Part shown: positions 10,238-20,537 of the stretch, in pieces
How the letters are laid out: the number at the start of each line of letters is the position of its first letter
Numbering within the stretch: position 1 is the stretch's first letter
Assembly (NCBI GenBank): GCA_951813565.1
Contig: OX638351.1
Coordinates: 4,608,001 to 4,672,000, forward strand
Origin: an uncultured Poribacteria bacterium
GTDB taxonomy: Bacteria > Poribacteria > WGA-4E > WGA-3G
Reading direction: 5' to 3'
Length of the DNA: 64,000 bases
The notes under the pieces: model-generated
Databases searched by the model: none
Seen by the model: only the letters and a program-made list of their open reading frames with translations
Told to the model about the DNA's origin: nothing
Position numbers and translations under genes: made by a program

Positions 10238-12754
10238 ATGCACGATCCGATGTCAGGTTCAAGGCGCGGGAGATCCCACCGGATGGGGTCTTATAATGGT
10301 AAACTCCGTTTCCGAAAGAAAGGGAATAACGAGTTAACGACGAAGGAAGAAGTACCTGAAATCCTACAAAAACAGGCACAAGGACTATTTGAAAAAGGGG
10401 AGGAAATTAAAGTTGCCGTTTCAACCGACTTACGGTTTGATGGAACTTATGGAAAAGATTGGCTATTAGCTACAGATAAGCGACTGATTGCTTTTAATCA
10501 GCGCGGTGTCCTTGGACACGATATTCGAGAGGTGGCTCTCACCTCCGTTGAAGACATTGAAATCCTTGAGATGTACGGCAATAACATACTCAAGGTTACG
10601 ACATCAGAAAATGCCTTTGAATTGGCACGTTATTCAAAAAGGTTAACCCCAAAATTCAACCTTGCTGTATCGGAATTGGAAAAATTTTCTCTACAAAAGG
10701 AAGGCGATTCAGAAGATGGCGCGCGTGGCAGCGGTGGTCGCGGCCCAGGAGGCAGACGGCGTGGCAGGCGCGGCCCTGGTGGTCCCTCCGGAATGCAGCC
10801 AGGCGGCGATAAAAGCCGATGTGAGAAATGCGGAGAACCAATTCCCAGTTGGTCTGGTGTTTGTGTAAACTGTGTTCAAAACAGCAAACTTATTTTCCGC
10901 CTGTTCAAATATGCTGTCCCATTTTTACATGTCATGATTCCGGCTTTCCTATTGATGCTGATAATTCGGTTTGTCGCTGTGCTTCCACCTATTCTAAGTA
11001 AAGAGTTAGTTGACAATATCCTTGAACCCGCGGGAACTGTTGTCTCTGCCGCTGTTGCTAATGAAGATCCGATTCCCGCTCAACTTCCAGAAACAAGTTG
11101 GGGACACCTGGAAGGCATAAAAAATACGCTAAGCGGATGGTTAGGTAGTATGCCACTCGGTGGTAGTTTTGGACATCTAATTTGGCTTATTTCATTCATG
11201 GCAGGTATTAGAGTCTTTACGATGGTAATTTCCTCTGTTCGTGGGTATATGATGGCATGGGTAGGTCAGAATATCACTCGACGACTCCAAAACGAGACAT
11301 ACGAACATCTGAACGCGCTCTCCATTGACTTTTTCCATGAACGCGACACTGGTAATCTGATGTCCAGAATCACACACGATGTATCAAGACTTCGGGATTT
11401 CATTGCAAATGGAGTACAGGATATTGTTGGTGATTCTCTAACTCTGATCAATATGTGTATTATCATGTTCATTTTCAGTTGGAAACTTGCGTTATGGACG
11501 TTAATTCCAATTCCTTGTCTTATCTTTTTCACTATCTTCTTTGGCAAAAAGATGGGAAAAGTATATTCTGCATTATGGAAACGCTATGCAAACATTAGCA
11601 CAATTCTATCCAGCACAATTCCTGGGGTGCGCGTTGTTAAAGCGTTTGCACGTGAACGGTATGAGATTAGTCGATTCAGCGACCTAACCCATCAGGTATT
11701 TTCCGGTGAAATGAACGCAGCCAAACTTGGAACGCTTTACCGTCCAATGATGCAATTTTTTACCTATTCTGGGTCTATCATAATCTGGTTAGTTGGAGGA
11801 TGGCAGCTATTCCAAGGCGATTTAACACTGGGTACGCTGGTCATGTTTCAATCATACATGATGCAATTCTTTGGACCTGTGTATACCCTCTGCCAAATGA
11901 ATGAAAGGTTTATCCGCGCAGGCACCTCCGCAGAACGTGTATTTGAAATTTTGGATACGCCACCAAGTGTTGCAGATAAAAGGGATGCTGTTGCACTCGC
12001 GAATATTAGCGGGGCAATCGAATTTAAGGATGTCTATTTCTCTTACGACAGTGAAAAGGATGCACTAAATGGTGTAAGTTTTCAGGTGCAGCCCGGTGAA
12101 ATGATAGGATTAGTTGGACACAGTGGCGCGGGGAAAAGCACGCTCATCAATTTGATTACCCGTTTTTACGATCCAAATGAAGGCACAATAGAAATTGACG
12201 GTCACAACAGCAAAGATATTCGGCTCAAGGCACTACGACAGCAGGTTGGGGTTGTATTACAAGACCCATTCCTGTTTGCAGGCACAATCGCTGAGAATAT
12301 AGGGTACTCAAAACCTGGCGCATCTCGGCATGAGATTATCGCATCTGCTAAGGCTGCAAATGCGCATGATTTTATTATCAAATTCCCTGACGGTTACGAC
12401 ACAATGGTCGGTGAACGAGGTGCACGCGTCTCAGGTGGTGAACGTCAAAGGATCTCTATCGCACGCGCAATCTTGAAAAATCCGCGCATCCTGATTTTAG
12501 ACGAAGCCACTTCATCTGTTGACACTGAGACGGAATCTAAAATCCAAGAAGCGTTGGAACGGCTCGTACAAGGTAGGACAGTCTTTGCAATCGCGCATAG
12601 GTTATCAACCCTAAAATATGCCGATCGACTCATCGTTTTGAAAGAAGGTGAAGTTGACGAAATGGGGACACATGAGGAACTGATCGCTAAAGACGGCACT
12701 TACGCCAGTCTGTGTCAAAAACAGACTGAATTGTCTAAAATACGCGCTTGGTAG
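10238..12754 (+). CDS. ABC exporter (fused permease/ATPase) with N-terminal PH-like domain, Gly/Arg-rich linker and Zn ribbon
   Basis: GHSGAGKS, VSGGERQR, ILDEATS, IAHRLST; TM helices; CEKC..CVNC. Confidence 0.92.
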   Translation: MHDPMSGSRRGRSHRMGSYNGKLRFRKKGNNELTTKEEVPEILQKQAQGLFEKGEEIKVAVSTDLRFDGTYGKDWLLATDKRLIAFNQRGVLGHDIREVALTSVEDIEILEMYGNNILKVTTSENAFELARYSKRLTPKFNLAVSELEKFSLQKEGDSEDGARGSGGRGPGGRRRGRRGPGGPSGMQPGGDKSRCEKCGEPIPSWSGVCVNCVQNSKLIFRLFKYAVPFLHVMIPAFLLMLIIRFVAVLPPILSKELVDNILEPAGTVVSAAVANEDPIPAQLPETSWGHLEGIKNTLSGWLGSMPLGGSFGHLIWLISFMAGIRVFTMVISSVRGYMMAWVGQNITRRLQNETYEHLNALSIDFFHERDTGNLMSRITHDVSRLRDFIANGVQDIVGDSLTLINMCIIMFIFSWKLALWTLIPIPCLIFFTIFFGKKMGKVYSALWKRYANISTILSSTIPGVRVVKAFARERYEISRFSDLTHQVFSGEMNAAKLGTLYRPMMQFFTYSGSIIIWLVGGWQLFQGDLTLGTLVMFQSYMMQFFGPVYTLCQMNERFIRAGTSAERVFEILDTPPSVADKRDAVALANISGAIEFKDVYFSYDSEKDALNGVSFQVQPGEMIGLVGHSGAGKSTLINLITRFYDPNEGTIEIDGHNSKDIRLKALRQQVGVVLQDPFLFAGTIAENIGYSKPGASRHEIIASAKAANAHDFIIKFPDGYDTMVGERGARVSGGERQRISIARAILKNPRILILDEATSSVDTETESKIQEALERLVQGRTVFAIAHRLSTLKYADRLIVLKEGEVDEMGTHEELIAKDGTYASLCQKQTELSKIRAW

Positions 12755-12783
12755 CATCACAATAGATTAGAGGAGAGAGGCTA

Positions 12784-13293
12784 ATGAATGAAGCGATTAA
12801 GGTTGCTGATGAGTTAAAATTCCTTGACGCAAGCAAGGTTAGTATTGGTCGAAACGCATTTGCAGAACTTGTTGTCCAACTCCCGGATGGAACAACTCAC
12901 ACGAAGGTTGAACCTGTGCGTAGTTTTCCAGTAAGTGAAACCACGCGGTACATCGCCCTTTTAGACAACGAGGGAAACGAACTCGGTATCGTTGAGGATG
13001 TCAAAAAACTCACGCCTAATTCACGCGATGTCCTCACGGAAGAGTTGCAAAAACGATATTTTATGCCGAAAATTACCAAAATCAACTCGCTTGATGGACA
13101 ATTCGGCGTTACAACGTGGGATGTCGAAACTACTCAAGGCGATGTAGAGTTCGGTATCCGCACCCGATACGATATTGTCACCCTTGAAAGCGGACGCGTC
13201 CTCATTAAAGATGCTGATGGCAACCGATATGAAATTGAGAACTATAACAAATTAGACCCGAAGAGCATTGCTTTACTTCAAACGCAAATGTAG
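12784..13293 (+). CDS. DUF1854 family protein
   Basis: PVRSFPVS, EELQKRYFMPKI, WDVETTQG, LIKDADGNRYEI pattern; usual partner of this ABC family. Confidence 0.8.
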   Translation: MNEAIKVADELKFLDASKVSIGRNAFAELVVQLPDGTTHTKVEPVRSFPVSETTRYIALLDNEGNELGIVEDVKKLTPNSRDVLTEELQKRYFMPKITKINSLDGQFGVTTWDVETTQGDVEFGIRTRYDIVTLESGRVLIKDADGNRYEIENYNKLDPKSIALLQTQM

Positions 13294-13312
13294 AATGTAT
13301 CTCATAAACATT

Positions 13313-13382
13313 GTAGGGCGAGGTCTCTGTGCCTCGCCATATCTTGGCAAGAAAATAGCGGGCGGGCACAGCCCCGCCCTAC
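13313..13382. repeat. GTAG-type REP palindrome pair (related copies at ~3935, 15389, 15588, 41277, 54965, 63800)
   Basis: gtagggcgaggtctctgtgcctcgcc ... gcgggcgggcacagccccgccctac. Confidence 0.8.
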
Positions 13383-13468
13383 AATTAAGATTTTATTTTC
13401 TGAGAGAAATCATGAAATGATTTATGGGATAGACTGTAGATAATTCTGAGTTAGTAAGGAGAACGTCT

Positions 13469-14593
13469 TTGGAAAATGCAAAAATAGAACGAATTGAATG
13501 GGCACGTTTGACAGGTGAACGTCCGCGCAAAGCCGGATGCAACTCGCGGCTCGGTGAACACGGATTACATGTGCGACCTCCCATTGCACGCATCACAACC
13601 TCTGACGGTGCAAGCGGTATTGGGTTTTCGTCAATTTCACGTGAGAAAGCGGAAGCCATCGTCGGATTTCAACTGAACGAGGCGTTTGATACAGAAAACG
13701 GCGTGACCGAAGAATTTAGGTTCATGGAATATCCACTTTGGGACCTCGTTGGACAGTTGGAACAAAAACCTGTCTACGCGATGTTATCCGGTGAATATGG
13801 CGACTTTCAAGCGCCGTGCTACGATACCTCTCTCTACATTGATGACTTACATCTTGAGGACAATGCGGAAGCTGCAGCGCTTATCGCTTCTGAAGCACTT
13901 GAGGGTAAAGCACGCGGACACAACGCTTTCAAGATAAAGGTTGGACGTGGCGCAATGCACATGCCGCTTGAAAAAGGCACACAACGCGATATTGACGTGA
14001 TCCATGCTGTGCGTAATGCAGTGGGACCCGATGCCGCAATTCTAATTGATGCAAACAACGGCTACAATCTTAACCTTACCAAGCAGGTATTAGGCGGAAC
14101 AGCAGACGCAAACGTGTATTGGATGGAGGAAGCATTCCACGAGGATGCACGGGTTTATAGTCTACTGAAGGAATGGCTAAACGCTGAAGGAATAGAGACT
14201 AAAATCGCTGATGGTGAAGGTGGCGCATCTCCTCACTTAGTTAATTGGGCGAAAGACGGACTGATTGACATCGTGCAATATGACATTTTCCATCCCGGTT
14301 TCTCAAGATGGTTGGAATTAGGGCCTGAATTGGATGCAGTCAACGTCGGCACAGCACCACACCACTACGGTGGATACTACGGTAATTTTGTAACAGGTCA
14401 TCTCGCTGCAAAAGTAGAAAAATTTGAGTTTGTTGAATGGGATCATGCAACAACACCAGGAATAGATGACTCCAGCTATTCTATTTCAAATGGATATGTA
14501 AATGTCCCCGATCTCCCCGGTTTTGGGTTGAGAATAGATGAAGATCCGTACCAAAAAGCAGTTGAAGAGAACGGATTTACTGTCAACGCTTAG
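13469..14593 (+). CDS. Mandelate racemase/muconate lactonizing enzyme (enolase superfamily)
   Basis: FKIKVG, IDANNGY, WMEE, IADGE, PGFGL motifs; AAGGAG RBS before TTG. Confidence 0.88.
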   Translation: MENAKIERIEWARLTGERPRKAGCNSRLGEHGLHVRPPIARITTSDGASGIGFSSISREKAEAIVGFQLNEAFDTENGVTEEFRFMEYPLWDLVGQLEQKPVYAMLSGEYGDFQAPCYDTSLYIDDLHLEDNAEAAALIASEALEGKARGHNAFKIKVGRGAMHMPLEKGTQRDIDVIHAVRNAVGPDAAILIDANNGYNLNLTKQVLGGTADANVYWMEEAFHEDARVYSLLKEWLNAEGIETKIADGEGGASPHLVNWAKDGLIDIVQYDIFHPGFSRWLELGPELDAVNVGTAPHHYGGYYGNFVTGHLAAKVEKFEFVEWDHATTPGIDDSSYSISNGYVNVPDLPGFGLRIDEDPYQKAVEENGFTVNA

Positions 14594-14614
14594 TTATGAA
14601 AGGAACACAAAACT

Positions 14615-15352
14615 ATGCCTTTATTAACAGACGTAGATAAAGAATTTTTCAAAGAAAACGGGTATTTGGTTGCGCGCGGCGCGCTAACTCAGGAAGAAAT
14701 TGATGCCGCATTGGATAGGGTGTGGGAGTCACTTGAAGAAGATCGAAACGACCCCGAATCTTGGATTCGTAAAGGATATCGAACTGCCCCCATCGGTGGC
14801 GAAGATGTTATCAAGGGAACAATCTATGGTAACGAAGTTTTCGCTATGGCTGAGGAAATGGTAGGTGAGGGAAAACTACATCCCGATGGCGGTGCAGGTC
14901 CACACATCAATTTCCCTGACCCAGACAGAGAATGGCGCGAACCTTTAGGACATCTTGACGGTTACCATACCCCTTCAAACGGTGTCCCTAAAGGCGTTGT
15001 AGGTTCTTTTACACTCGGTGCAACCGTTTACCTTGACACAGTTGAAAAACAGGGTGGTGGATTTACCATTTGGCCTGGAAGCCATCGTATCTGGGCGGAA
15101 TACTTCAGACATCACGACTTGGATAGCCTTCCCGGTGGTGTTGCCCCATTTGATCTCGGACCAAGTTATGAATTTACAGGGAAGGCGGGCGATGTCTGTT
15201 TCTGGCATCACCAGATGAGCCATACCGCCGGTCCGAATTGCGGACGGAACGTCAGAATCGCGCTCATCGGTAGGTACCGCAGGAAAGACCTTGATGAAAT
15301 TAAGTTTGATACCCCTGAAGATATGTGGAGATATTGGGATGGGCTTTCATAG
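14615..15352 (+). CDS. Phytanoyl-CoA dioxygenase (PhyH) family
   Basis: FKENGYL, HLD, WPGSH, AGDVCFWH..SH. Confidence 0.88.
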   Translation: MPLLTDVDKEFFKENGYLVARGALTQEEIDAALDRVWESLEEDRNDPESWIRKGYRTAPIGGEDVIKGTIYGNEVFAMAEEMVGEGKLHPDGGAGPHINFPDPDREWREPLGHLDGYHTPSNGVPKGVVGSFTLGATVYLDTVEKQGGGFTIWPGSHRIWAEYFRHHDLDSLPGGVAPFDLGPSYEFTGKAGDVCFWHHQMSHTAGPNCGRNVRIALIGRYRRKDLDEIKFDTPEDMWRYWDGLS

Positions 15353-15547
15353 AAACACATAGACATTCGGTATTGACTTCTTAATATTGTAAGGCGAGGT
15401 CTCTGTGTCTTGCCATTTTCATTTAAGCAAAACGCTTTTTTGTGGCACAATTGATATGATTTCTACTACTAAGCACATCTCTTACATTATTATGCACACT
15501 CTCAGTTAAATGTAAGGTGTCTATGACTTTGATTTAGGTTACATTAC

Positions 15548-15820
15548 GGGTGTGTAAAGTTTTTGTAGAAATCCGCACAACTCCTATTGTAGGGGCGGGT
15601 CTCCGGGGAATGCCAAAAGGCATTCGGACCCGGTGAATGACTAAAGACGAATGCGCGTATGGCATTCGCCATGGTTCATACCGTTGATTTCTTGATTTGG
15701 TGCCTGCCCGTTGCATGGCACGTCCTGCGCAGTGGCGGGGCACAGGGACCCCGCCCTACAGTGGGAAACGCCGCGTAATCATTGTAAATTGAACCTATGT
15801 AACCAAATATTTACACACCC
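15548..15820. mobile_element. 273-bp MITE with GGGTGTGTAAA terminal inverted repeats and 9-bp target duplication (IS256-like geometry)
   Basis: ttacattac|gggtgtgtaaa ... tttacacaccc|ttacattac; interior is a GTAG REP pair with nested hairpins. Confidence 0.88.
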
Positions 15821-15934
15821 TTACATTACCAAACTCCTTGACAATTAGTGCTGCATCTGCTAATGTACGCACAACACAAAACCCGATTAAAATCTATCGC
15901 TATACCGTTTTTGGATTTCAAGAAGAGGCACATC

Positions 15935-16750
15935 ATGAAACTTACAGAACACCAAGTAAACTTCTTTAACACATTCGGTTATCTATCAATACCCGGCATG
16001 TTTTCACCGAGCGAAGTTGAGTGGATTACAGAAGAATTTGAAATTTCAATCCAAGAATTTGGTGGTGGTAAGGAGCATGATGGCACATACCGCACAATGT
16101 TTGGAGGCCCCATTGAACATCGTCCTCAACTCTGTGCATTGCTTGATGATGTGCGCCTAAAGGGACTTATCGGTGGTGTTCTTGGAGAGGATTTCAACTA
16201 TGCTGGTGGAGACGGAAACTATTATACAGGTGATACTGGTTGGCATCCCGATGGAAATTGGGGAAGGCTTTTCGCATGTAAAGTTGCGTTCTATCTCGAC
16301 CCACTGACGCGTGAGACCGGATGCTTGCGAATAATTCCCGGTAGCCAAAACCCCGCACATTTTGTACGCGCACAAAAGATTGACCCAAATCAATCAGAAG
16401 CGTTGTTCGGTATTCTACCGCGCGACTTCCCAACAAGCATCGCGTTAGAAAGCAATCCTGGTGACGTAGTGATTTTTAATCACGACACCTACCACGCATC
16501 ATTTGGTGGCGGAACCCAGCGGCGAATGTTTACAATGAATTGCACACAACATTGCATAACAGAACCTGATTTAGAAACACTGCATCAGTATCTGAGCGTT
16601 CATTCAGCTGGTGGCTACAATATTGATACTGGCGCAGGTATGTTCTTTCCAACTATGGTCGACACTGCCGACGAGACACGAAAGATTCATCTACGACAGT
16701 GTAGTGACATTCATGATGAACTGTTTCCGCAATATGCCAGACGATCCTAA
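15935..16750 (+). CDS. Phytanoyl-CoA dioxygenase (PhyH) family
   Basis: FNTFGYL, WHPD, GCLRIIPGS, PGDVVIFNH..YH; ATG 15935 after GAGG preferred to GTG 15848. Confidence 0.88.
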   Translation: MKLTEHQVNFFNTFGYLSIPGMFSPSEVEWITEEFEISIQEFGGGKEHDGTYRTMFGGPIEHRPQLCALLDDVRLKGLIGGVLGEDFNYAGGDGNYYTGDTGWHPDGNWGRLFACKVAFYLDPLTRETGCLRIIPGSQNPAHFVRAQKIDPNQSEALFGILPRDFPTSIALESNPGDVVIFNHDTYHASFGGGTQRRMFTMNCTQHCITEPDLETLHQYLSVHSAGGYNIDTGAGMFFPTMVDTADETRKIHLRQCSDIHDELFPQYARRS

Positions 16751-16885
16751 AGTCGGTTATTGTTGAACCTGACCAACCAAACCCAAATTGAAAAATTAAT
16801 ATTACTGTCAACACATTATAACACCTACCTATAGTTTCGCTTACGTTCTACCCAACGGACAATATAAACTTTCAGTAACACTTAT

Positions 16886-17797
16886 TATAGTAAATCCCGT
16901 AATTACTTATACACTTTTATAATATCATCAATAGAGGTCTCAGCGTTGTATTGACGTATCCGCTTGATGTTGGCGAAATCCTTCTCAATCGGGTTCAACT
17001 CCGGTGAATACGGCGGTAAAAACAACAAACTCGCACCGCAATCCCGGATCAATGCCGCCGTCTGTGAACCTTTGTGGAAAGACGCATTATCCATAATCAC
17101 AACATGGCTATCGTCAAGCAATGGACACAACATTTCCGAAAGCCAACTGTTGAAGGCGACCGCGTCGCAACTGCCCTCGAAAAGCACAGGTGCTGTGAAA
17201 CATCCATCAAGCCTTGCAGCAATCAGCGTCGTGGTGGTATACCGATGGCTTGGCACTTTATCTTCAACACGGACACCTTTCGGGGCATAAGCATACCGAC
17301 GGAAAGTGGTTTCAGTGAAACCACTTTCGTCAAGATAAACCGGTGTTTTGCCATGCGCCTGTGTCTCTTGTTGAAGTGCCGAAAGATACTCTTGGCGTTT
17401 TATCGGACACTGTTCTTTGTAGGTCGTGGTCTTTTTTTTCGCGTGATATTGAGTTTTGAGAAGGCATAAAAGATGCCATTTGTTGAAACACCGAAGTGTT
17501 TAGCACGTTCGGCGAGTGTGGAATCTGGGAAATCGGCAACATGTTGCTGAAGTGCGTCATAATCAATATCTCGGGGCCCTTTGGGTCCCGGTTTTTCACA
17601 GGCGAAGGGGTCTTCTGCTTCCAACCAGTTATAGATCGTTCTTCTTGAGACACGAAAAGTGCGTTCTGCGGCGGCTTTACTGCCACCATTATTGATGAAA
17701 TCAAGCACGCGTTTGCGTAAATCTGTTGAATATGCCATAATTATAAAGGCTAGCATAAATCCCAGAAAATGTAAACTTATTTTCAATATCTACTATA
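16886..17797 (-). mobile_element. IS630-family insertion sequence, apparently intact
   Basis: TA-flanked imperfect TIRs (tatagtaaatcccgtaattacttatac / revcomp tatagtagatattgaaaataagtttac); two-frame transposase. Confidence 0.92.
16903..17738 (-). CDS. IS630 transposase, expressed by -1 frameshift at A8 run (17432-17439)
   Basis: OrfA MAYSTDLRKRV (HTH) ends ITRKK; -1 frame continues KTTTYKEQ...YLDESGF...MDNASFH...LPPYSPELNPIE (DDE intact). Confidence 0.9.
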
Positions 17798-17815
17798 ACT
17801 GACAATTCTTAAAAC

Positions 17816-17918
17816 TATAGTGAATTAAAAAAATACATTGACACTTTCGTCTGTTGATAGGTGAGGTTTCCTAACCTCGCCTATGCAAAGTGTCCAAGTA
17901 ATTCTAAAATCTGCTAAA
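17816..17918. mobile_element. IS630-like-end MITE with internal hairpin
   Basis: tatagtgaatt..attgacacttt ... aaagtgtccaagtaattctaaaatctgcta; hairpin ataggtgaggtttcctaacctcgcctat. Confidence 0.6.
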
Positions 17919-18184
17919 AATAACTCTGCAAGTAGAGCGTGCAAAGTATTATAAAAAGAAAATCAGATATTCTGTGTATCCGAAGGGTAGAGTTTATCTC
18001 TATCACGAACTTTTTTGGCTTCAACATGTCTAATTTGAAAGACGTTAAACCGAATTTGTTATTAACCGTTCTTTTCCTTGTAGGAGGGAATCAACGCTGA
18101 ATACGACAAGTGTGATACGCGCGCTTTACGTTGATTCAAGGTTGCTCCCACAGAATCTGCGTAATCCGTGAAGGGAATTAACTG

Positions 18185-19548
18185 ACAATCCCAAGCATTT
18201 ATGCTTGGGTCCAAAAACGCTTGACATTTACATGTATTTATGGTTATAATTATAGGACTGACTCAGTGGTGGGTGCTTCTAACACCTGCCACACCATTAG
18301 AAGTGGGAGCCAGCATCTTATCAGGGTCAGATATGCCATATAGCACACATAAAATCACATTAGATCTAACATTTAAGCAGAAGCGTTGGTTTTCCCAGCA
18401 ATGTGGCTACGCAAGGTTTGCCTACAATCAAGCATTATCAGATTTCAAGATGGGCTTAAAAGCGGATAACCTCTAGTCATGGCGAACCCTCAACAATAAC
18501 TTCAATAAAACGAAGAAAGACTATGATTGGACAAGTTCACAAGATCAGCGAGCTGCGTTATATGCTATCAAAAATCTGGGTCAAGCGATTGCGCATTGGG
18601 TATCCAAACGTGCGAAGTTTCCGAAGTATAAGAAGCGTAGTTGTCGCCAATCCTATATAACGGATGAGCAATCGGTTCGTGTTGAAGGAAAGCGTATCCG
18701 ATTAGCCAAAATCGGTTAGGTCAAAATGTTTCAAGCATTGCGTTTTGAAGGCAAGATTATCAGCGTGACGATTTCAAGGACGGCGCATCGTTGGTTTGTA
18801 TCTATCACCGTAGAAACAGAGGACACCGAAGCAGTTGACATCTCAACGCACCCTGTAATCGGTATAGATGTCGGTATCAACATATTAGCCACCTTGAGTG
18901 ATGGCACGAAGTATGATAATCCGAGACCTCTGAAACGCTATGAGAGAAAACTTAAACGAGAACAACGCAAGTTGAGTAGAAAAGTGTTTAAGTCTAATAA
19001 CTGGTTCAAGCAAAAACACAAGGTCCAACGTATCCACTATCGTATTGCTTGTATCCGAAACGATGTGCACCACAAAGCAACGACTGATATTGTCGATCGC
19101 GTATCTGCTATCGGCATTGAGACACTCAAGGTGGCGAACATGCTAAAAAATAGAAAGTTAGCAAAAGCGTTATCGGATAGTGCATTCGGTGGGTCTCTTC
19201 ACAAACTCAAGACAAAAGCGGATGCACGTAGGATACCTGTCAAAGAAGCATCGCGATTCTTTGCAAGTAGCAAAACCTGTTCAAGTTGTGGACACAAGAA
19301 AAAAGAACTAACACTATCAGAAAGAACGTATCATTGCAGTGTCTGCCAATATCAAATAGATAGAGATGTCAACGCTGCAATAAACCTTAAATACCTCGCT
19401 GTCGGATAGACAGAGAGAATAAACGCCTGTGGAGTCCAAATAAGACCTCATTAGTTCAGGATAGGGGCATGAGAGACGGAAGCAGGAATCACATAGGAGA
19501 GTTGTGTGTTTCAAAGAAGCACACGGCTTTAGCCGTAGTGAGTATCAC
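18185..19548 (+). mobile_element. IS200/IS605-family (tnpB-only) element
   Basis: Left hairpin cccaagcatttatgcttggg (18190-18209); TTGACA-18-TATAAT; right end gaagcacacggctttagccgtagtgagtatcac. Confidence 0.85.
18333..19409 (+). pseudogene. tnpB: RNA-guided endonuclease TnpB with two in-frame TAG stops (18474-18476, 18717-18719)
   Basis: One frame: HTH CGYARFAYN, FPKYKK, KIG*VK, RuvC IGIDVG / IGIETL / DRDVNAA, Zn finger CSSC..CSVC. Confidence 0.9.
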
Positions 19549-19713
19549 CAAACAATTGATAAAATATTTATACACCCTATAGTGTTTTCCAGTTGTGCTA
19601 CTACACGCATTCATGGTATCCTATATATACACTGATGTTGATTTGAGCAAGTATTTCCGATAAAATTCAGCATAAATTAAAAATCACAATAAACACAAAT
19701 ATTTTATATTAAA

Positions 19714-20325
19714 ATGAATATAGATTCCCCTTCCAATTTTGATAGTTTTGTTCATAAACACGTAAAGGAACTCTTTGTCGCCCAATCTGAAAGACCGGCG
19801 GCTTTGAAAGATATTAATCTTACCCGATTAACACCATTCCATAGAGCTTTACTTGTCACAGATGGAACCGTCACCCGTTTTATTGAAGCGTATCAGCTGT
19901 CGCCTGTGCAGGTTGTACTCCTGTACCAAGCGAGGCGTACACTTCACAACGAACACAGCTGGCTTAGACTTCCAACAGGCGGTAATATCATTGCGCGAGA
20001 AGTAGTTCTACAGACACCTTCCACAGAAAATCAAACTCCAAAAATCCATGCCTACGCAGTGTCCCAAATTGTCCATGAACGTTTGCCAAAATCTGTCGCA
20101 GAAGGATTAGAAGCGGGAATTGACGGTTTAGGGGTTCTCTTGAAACACAGCCAATTGGAAACCCGTCGCGACTTGCTTTGGTGGGGCATTGAACGGGCGA
20201 CTGGTTTACCAAGCAGCATTGCGCGTTTTGAAGGGCAACTTTTTCTTAGTAGAACCTCTAGAATTGTCGCTAACAGAAATCCCCTTATGCTCATAACCGA
20301 GAAATTTCCACTTGATAATTCATAG
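19714..20325 (+). CDS. Chorismate pyruvate-lyase-like protein (DUF98/UbiC-like)
   Basis: RALLVTDGTVTRFIEAY, REVVL, YAVS, LGVLL..LETRR, ITEKFP. Confidence 0.8.
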   Translation: MNIDSPSNFDSFVHKHVKELFVAQSERPAALKDINLTRLTPFHRALLVTDGTVTRFIEAYQLSPVQVVLLYQARRTLHNEHSWLRLPTGGNIIAREVVLQTPSTENQTPKIHAYAVSQIVHERLPKSVAEGLEAGIDGLGVLLKHSQLETRRDLLWWGIERATGLPSSIARFEGQLFLSRTSRIVANRNPLMLITEKFPLDNS

Positions 20326-20333
20326 TTTGAAAT

Positions 20334-20468
20334 TATAGCGGATTCTACAATTAACTGGACATCTGAGCTGTCCGAGGGAACTCCGATTCCCGACTAACAG
20401 TGGTTTCGTCGCGATTCGGAGATCGCTCCTACAGAATATATGTGAACTTATTTACATAATTTACTATA
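20334..20468. mobile_element. IS630-like-end MITE with palindromic cargo
   Basis: tatagcggattctacaattaactggaca ... tgtgaacttatttacataatttactata; cargo nearly identical to 33485-33547. Confidence 0.75.
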
Positions 20469-20537
20469 ATCAGGGTTGCATATTCCTAAATCCCACAAAA
20501 CGTCATATCTCGTTACACCAAAGGAGGTATAATCTAT

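Noticed and set aside
18474..19409. Amber recoding suggested by TAG-only stops in tnpB
   Set aside because: TAG ends many ordinary genes here (selD, herA, ABC exporter, lpoB-like); single transitions from CAG/TGG explain the stops
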